The translations under genes were made by a program, and so were the position numbers. From positions 2,477,335 through 2,535,036 of the forward strand of contig BFEA01000027.1 of NCBI GenBank assembly GCA_003427395.1: a stretch of DNA of 57,702 bases, read 5' to 3'. This DNA is from Chara braunii. Taxonomy: Eukaryota; Plantae; Charophyceae. The notes beneath the pieces are model-generated. The model saw nothing but the letters and a program-made list of their open reading frames with translations. It ran no database searches and had not been told where the DNA came from. The stretch's first letter is position 1. Every line of letters starts with the position of its first letter. Below are positions 52,301 to 57,702 of this stretch, one piece after another.

Positions 52301-53887
52301 CGCTATAATAAGAGCGAACTCCTTGGGCAATATGCCTTTTACATAATAATCCTCGATGACCCCCCTAATTCTTCAAGTTTGCTTCTCGGCCGTAGACCGA
52401 GAGGTCGCGCTATGGGGTGGAGGCGAGGACATCGTGGCCTGGCATTGAAAAATGATGTTTTATGAACAGTGTCGAAACCGGTTTGCTCTTAAAGTAGCTA
52501 AACCAACGATGATTGGGTACAATAAACTTTTAGACGTGATGGGTCCACTTCATAATAGCGAAACTTAGACCGAGGTCTCAATTTCGAGCAAGAATGAAAG
52601 ACAATGTATGGCCGCTGGGGAATTATCGGTTGAAACTGGGGTCCCTAGTTCTCCCCTGAACCACCGAATCTGGTTTTTTATTCCGAATCCGGAAAGCAAA
52701 ATTACACCACCTTACATTTCCGTTTCCAACAGATAAACAAATGAAAAAACGGGGGAATGGCTAGAGATGGTAATTAATTATCAGAGGGAGACCACTAACA
52801 TAGGGCTTAATTCTCCTATTACTACGACAAGACCTAGACAATTAATTACTGAATCTGCGATTTCTTGAAAGTTATTAAGAGGACATGGAAGGTGGGACCG
52901 GAGTATACATCATCCTTGGGAAACCGGGATTACAGGGAGAGGCAAGAAGTACCTCATAGTTTCGCAATAGCACAAATTTTGAACCAAGATTCTACGTCAA
53001 TTTTTACCAGCAATTAGAGCGCTGGGCAGATGAACCTGAACAACCCGCTGCAGATAGGCGTCTTCCAAGGTGTTGGGCTCGATTGGCATGGATGACTCTC
53101 TTGGGTTGCATAGGGATGACAATACTAGTATCAACTAAGGTCGAGAGGGATGCAATTCCTGTGCTCTACTAATTCGCAGCCCTAAGGCTGTGGTATAGTA
53201 GGCTTCGACGTCTGTGTTAAGGTGTCGTATTTTTGGCAGCGGACGACTAGGACACAAAGTGGGGTCTTAAGGGGCAAAAAAAATTGGGGGACCGATCCTT
53301 AGCAAAATTGCGGACCGTGACTACCTACAGCTAGCTCTGGTAGAACCAATACTTTTGGAAAAAGGAAGGACCGGTCCTCGTGTGGAAGTGGACCCCAAAA
53401 AGAAGTGAGGGCATGTGAACTGCAAAAGGGTCATCAGACCCAGGCGTTGAGGTCTGTCTTCTCAAAACAAGGAGGTCAGGCGCAACGAAACGGACGTTTT
53501 GCAAAGGACAACTTCGGCGAATTTTTGTTCTTGGAGGAACCCACAAAAAAAATAAAAATGAAAATTTAAAAATGCATAGATGAGAGCGTGTTATTTGTAG
53601 GAAAAATATTAGAATATTTTTAAAAATCATGTAGACTGCGAAATAATCGTCGAACCGATTCGACACATTTTCCATTTTTGCCACTCAACCATGTGTAGGC
53701 TAATTGAGAAAGTACTCCAAATTCAATTTTCGCGCTTGGAAGAATGTGTGAAAAAACCTGAAAATTGGAGTACTCGTAGGTTTTGTTGTGATCTTTCCAG
53801 GAAAAACGCTCAATAAATTAAAACAAATCATTCCAATTATGAAATAGATTGCGGCCGCAATTTAACCCATATTTCAATTTTGCCATT

Positions 53888-53927
<40 letters not shown>

Positions 53928-55708
53928 NNNNNNNNNNNNNNNNNNNNNNNNNNNNNNNNNNNNNNNNNNNNNNNNNNNNNNNNNNNNNNNNNNNNNNNNN
54001 NNNNNNNNNNNNNNNNNNNNNNNNNNNNNNNNNNNNNNNNNNNNNNNNNNNNNNNNNNNNNNNNNNNNNNNNNNNNNNNNNNNNNNNNNNNNNNNNNNNN
54101 NNNNNNNNNNNNNNNNNNNNNNNNNNNNNNNNNNNNNNNNNNNNNNNNNNNNNNNNNNNNNNNNNNNNNNNNNNNNNNNNNNNNNNNNNNNNNNNNNNNN
54201 NNNNNNNNNNNNNNNNNNNNNNNNNNNNNNNNNNNNNNNNNNNNNNNNNNNNNNNNNNNNNNNNNNNNNNNNNNNNNNNNNNNNNNNNNNNNNNNNNNNN
54301 NNNNNNNNNNNNNNNNNNNNNNNNNNNNNNNNNNNNNNNNNNNNNNNNNNNNNNNNNNNNNNNNNNNNNNNNNNNNNNNNNNNNNNNNNNNNNNNNNNNN
54401 NNNNNNNNNNNNNNNNNNNNNNNNNNNNNNNNNNNNNNNNNNNNNNNNNNNNNNNNNNNNNNNNNNNNNNNNNNNNNNNNNNNNNNNNNNNNNNNNNNNN
54501 NNNNNNNNNNNNNNNNNNNNNNNTCTCTCTCTCTCTCTCTCTCTTGGTCTCATTGCTTCGGCTGCCTTAGGGCTGTGTTCCCTGTGCCCACGCGGTAGAC
54601 AATCTATGTCCGTTTCGGGTCACATTCAACATTGGAGTAGCAATAGCAGGGAGGGTGAGGGATACAGTAATTACTTAGCCACCGTAAAACGCAGGGGTAG
54701 AGGAAATGTCCTACTCAACTGCGGTAATACCTGCAGAATTAAGTACTGCATATTCATTTCCCGGGGCTATTACTACCCAGGCACAGAGAGAGGCAAATCC
54801 CATTCGTTGGCCTGAGGGCAAAAGCTTTGCTAATGGTGAGGATTTACCTCGAAAGCCGGAGTAAGTAAGAAGTCTTGGTCTGAAGTCTTCAACTTATCTC
54901 AGCAGCTGGGATGGCAAAGCCAGCAAGCGGCAGCAATTGGGCTGGGCCCGTAGAGCGAGGCTAATGTATGGGATGGGCTATGGTGGGGCGATGGAGAGGA
55001 GGTATCATCCATGGCAATAACTGTTGGACGGCGGTGGTCACTGGTCAGGGATGGTGAAACCGTAATTCACCGTGTGCAGGCAGAAATTCCCGATAAAAAT
55101 TGCCGTTCGGAATAGCGCCGGATTAGCGCTACCGGCCCTTCACTGCCGCCCGCCCGAGTTGAGCCTTTTCCTTTTCTATTTTGAAATGAATTTGAAGTTT
55201 GGGAAAAACAGAAAATCATCGCCGCCACGGAGGGCAGGGACGTATATGTTGGAACTTCTTAGGTACTTGGTGTCCATCGTTTTATTCACAATACGGGATA
55301 TAATATAATTTGCAAGGGCCCAAAAGAATCGAATCGTTTGCTGCCGGTATGCCCAGCCAGGCGCGGCACGAGCACCCGCATTGGGCTACACGCGTCGGGC
55401 GTGTCGGGTGCGGAGCGGAGCGACTGCGCGTCCAGGCCATCAGGGCACGCGCACCCAACTCGGGAGTCCATCGCCCACGTCAAGATGGATTAGCGGCTAC
55501 GTAAGGGACACTTAATTGTTAATTGTGATCCCACATCAGCTTGAGACGACCGGGGTTCTGAGCATCCGCATCTGAAGGTGAGTACGGAGTCACGAGATCA
55601 AGCTCGTTCTTTGTCTTGTCTTTCCATCTCTGGCGTAGTACGTGTTCTGCTGCTGCGCCTACGCCTGGGTCTCTCTCCCTGTGTGTGTGTGTGTGTGTGT
55701 GTATGTGC

Positions 55709-55755
<47 letters not shown>

Positions 55756-55912
55756 TGTGTGTNNNNNNNNNNNNNNNNNNNNNNNNNNNNNNNNNNNNNN
55801 NNNNNNNNNNNNNNNNNNNNNNNNNNNNNNNNNNNNNNNNNNNNNNNNNNNNNNNNNNNNNNNNNNNNNNNNNNNNNNGATGTACTAGCGAGTGGGCTGG
55901 ATACTTGTATGA

Positions 55913-55950
55913 CTGTCTCTTATACACATCTAGATGTGTATAAGAGACAG
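55913..55950. other. Nextera mate-pair junction adapter (two inverted Tn5 mosaic ends); assembly artefact
   Basis: Exact CTGTCTCTTATACACATCT + AGATGTGTATAAGAGACAG, next to an N gap. Confidence 0.98.
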
Positions 55951-56255
55951 GTGTGTGTGTGTGTGTGTGTGCACACGTGCCCGGTGACAAAACTACCTTC
56001 AGTCTACTCGACGTACGTCCACATTCTCCATCGACTGGTGATGGATATTCAGTGCGTTGCGTGTGGCAGACAAGGGAGACAGACAGGCAGTAGACAGAAA
56101 GACAGATAGAGACAGAGAGGGGGAGGGGGTGCATTATGTGTGACCATCGATTCGCGGGCGGACAAACGTGAGAGTACAAAATATCGAGCCGCGTGTATGT
56201 GGTAGTCCTCAGAATCTCGATCGCCTTGTCATTCTGCTGCCTTTCTTAATTAGCC

Positions 56256-57557
56256 ATGGCAGTTCCGGCCGTGGCAGCCGGGACGGCACCGGTTATCTCA
56301 AGCTGCGCAGGTAGCAGCCACGCGGCAGCCACCTTCAACGCAGCGCGATCGTCACCGACGACGTCCCGTCCGAGGCAAGCTTTGGGGTTAGTACCGCTTT
56401 CAGTTTCGGTGCGCCGCAACGGCGTGCAATGCGCGGCGGCGATGATGCACGTTCTTTCCAGCGTGTCGTCGTGCGAAGGGAGGGCCTGGCTGGCGGCGGG
56501 GGAACCATCAGCGGGAGGAGGTCGGACGATGGCGGGGGGGGGTGGTTAATTGCCCTCCATTGCAGTTTGTTGTCCGGCGGCTGCCGAGGGGACAAGGGTT
56601 GCGGGGGTGGGGCGGCGGCGGCGGTAGACGTCGCGGGTTCTTTTTGCGCCTGCGCGATCGACAGGTATGCACTCCGCAGCTCGTTCTTCGATGGCGGGTC
56701 GGGCGCGGCTCTCGCGATGGCGACAGACGTGGCAGGGTCGTTGGGCGGCGCTGGCGGTGGCGGGGCCGGGGGCCTCCTCGGCGCGCAGATGAACATCTTT
56801 CAGCGTATCGTGCGCATCGTCCGGTCTTACGCGAACGCTCTGGTGAGCGCCGCCGAAGACCCGGAGAAAATTCTTGCGAAGATGAGGCAGGCGTCGGCGC
56901 ACGTGCTGGCGTCGCAGAAACAGCTGGAGAACAGGTACAAGGCGGCGGAGACCACGGCCAGCGACTGGCGCTCGAGAAAGGGGATGAGATGCTCGCCAAG
57001 GAGGCGCTAAAGAGGCGGAAGGATTACGACGATAGCGCCAAGGCACTTAAAGCGCAACTAGACCAGCAAAAAGTGGTCGTCGACAAACTCATTTCCAACA
57101 CGAGATTGCTGGAGACGAAGATTCAGGAAGCGAAGTCGAGGAAGGGCACGCTGAAAGCGCGCGCGCAGTCGGCGAAGACGAGCCAAAAGGTTCAGCAGAT
57201 GGTCGGGTCCATAGATACCAGCAGCGCGCTGGCGGCGTTTGAGAAGATGGAAGAGAAGGTTCTGGCGCTGGAGTTCGAGGCGGAGGCTGTTGCGCAGATT
57301 GGCACGGATGACTTGGCCACTAAATTCCCTCTCCTGGAAGGGGATTCTGTCGATGATGACCTGGCGGCGTTCAAGAGAGATGTGGTAGGTGGAGGAGCGG
57401 CGAAGAGACCGGCGGAGTTACCGCCGGCTGGGGGCGGAAGGCCGCCCCACCAGCATCAGCGGAGGCGGCTGGACCCTACCCCTACAAAGACCTAGAAATC
57501 GAGAGAGAGCTAAATCAACTGATGAGGAAGTTGTGCATTCTGTATAAGCCTTTCTAA
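56256..57557 (+). pseudogene. VIPP1: VIPP1 (PspA/IM30) intronless processed pseudogene with a transit-peptide-like leader
   Basis: Reads [47 protein letters not shown] and [42 protein letters not shown]. The C-terminal helix [14 protein letters not shown] is in a shifted frame. It has frameshifts, deletions and no introns. Confidence 0.88.
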
Positions 57558-57702
57558 AAAAGAAAAGAAAGAAAGGAAAAGTGAACAAGGAAAGGGAGAA
57601 TCTCCTCTCTGCCTGTATGCTATGCTTGTCTAATCTCACCCACATTCAATTATTTCATTAAGTCGTTTTTTTTTTTTTTTTTTGTATCAGCCTTCCCCCC
57701 CC

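Noticed and set aside
55528-55540. USE-like snRNA promoter element ATCCCACATC
   Set aside because: No TATA box or recognisable snRNA lies downstream.
55913-55950. Genuine Tn5/IS50 transposon ends
   Set aside because: These are synthetic mosaic ends back-to-back beside a gap, i.e. a mate-pair adapter.

Overview
Eukaryotic, repeat-rich streptophyte genomic DNA with N gaps and microsatellites. It resembles a charophyte alga such as Chara; this is an inference, not shown by the sequence. Left end: three coding exons of a UBC8/9/10-type ubiquitin-conjugating E2 gene on the minus strand (70, 128 and 105 nt; the last exon lies outside the window). Intron 1 holds tandem U6 snRNA-like pseudocopies, and a MITE and a hAT element lie upstream of the gene. 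Centre (14239 to ~43267): a giant, decayed Ty3/Gypsy LTR retroelement on the minus strand with a 3.3-kb LTR and a tRNA-Asp PBS. Its layout is unusually complex. Three extra ORFs precede gag (an RG-rich protein with a transmembrane tail, then two paralogues of unknown function). The gag-pol has lost the RT catalytic core and RNase H. A second Gag-like CCHC ORF occupies the env position, followed by a ~7-kb antisense exon-like module region. Nearly every ORF has its own splice acceptor about 20-25 nt before the start codon, and one donor lies just after the PBS. The 5' LTR is fused to an inverted LTR copy. Right end: an older related LTR with a ~68-bp array, a decayed LINE ORF1-like region, a Nextera mate-pair adapter (assembly artefact) and an intronless, frameshifted VIPP1 retrocopy.
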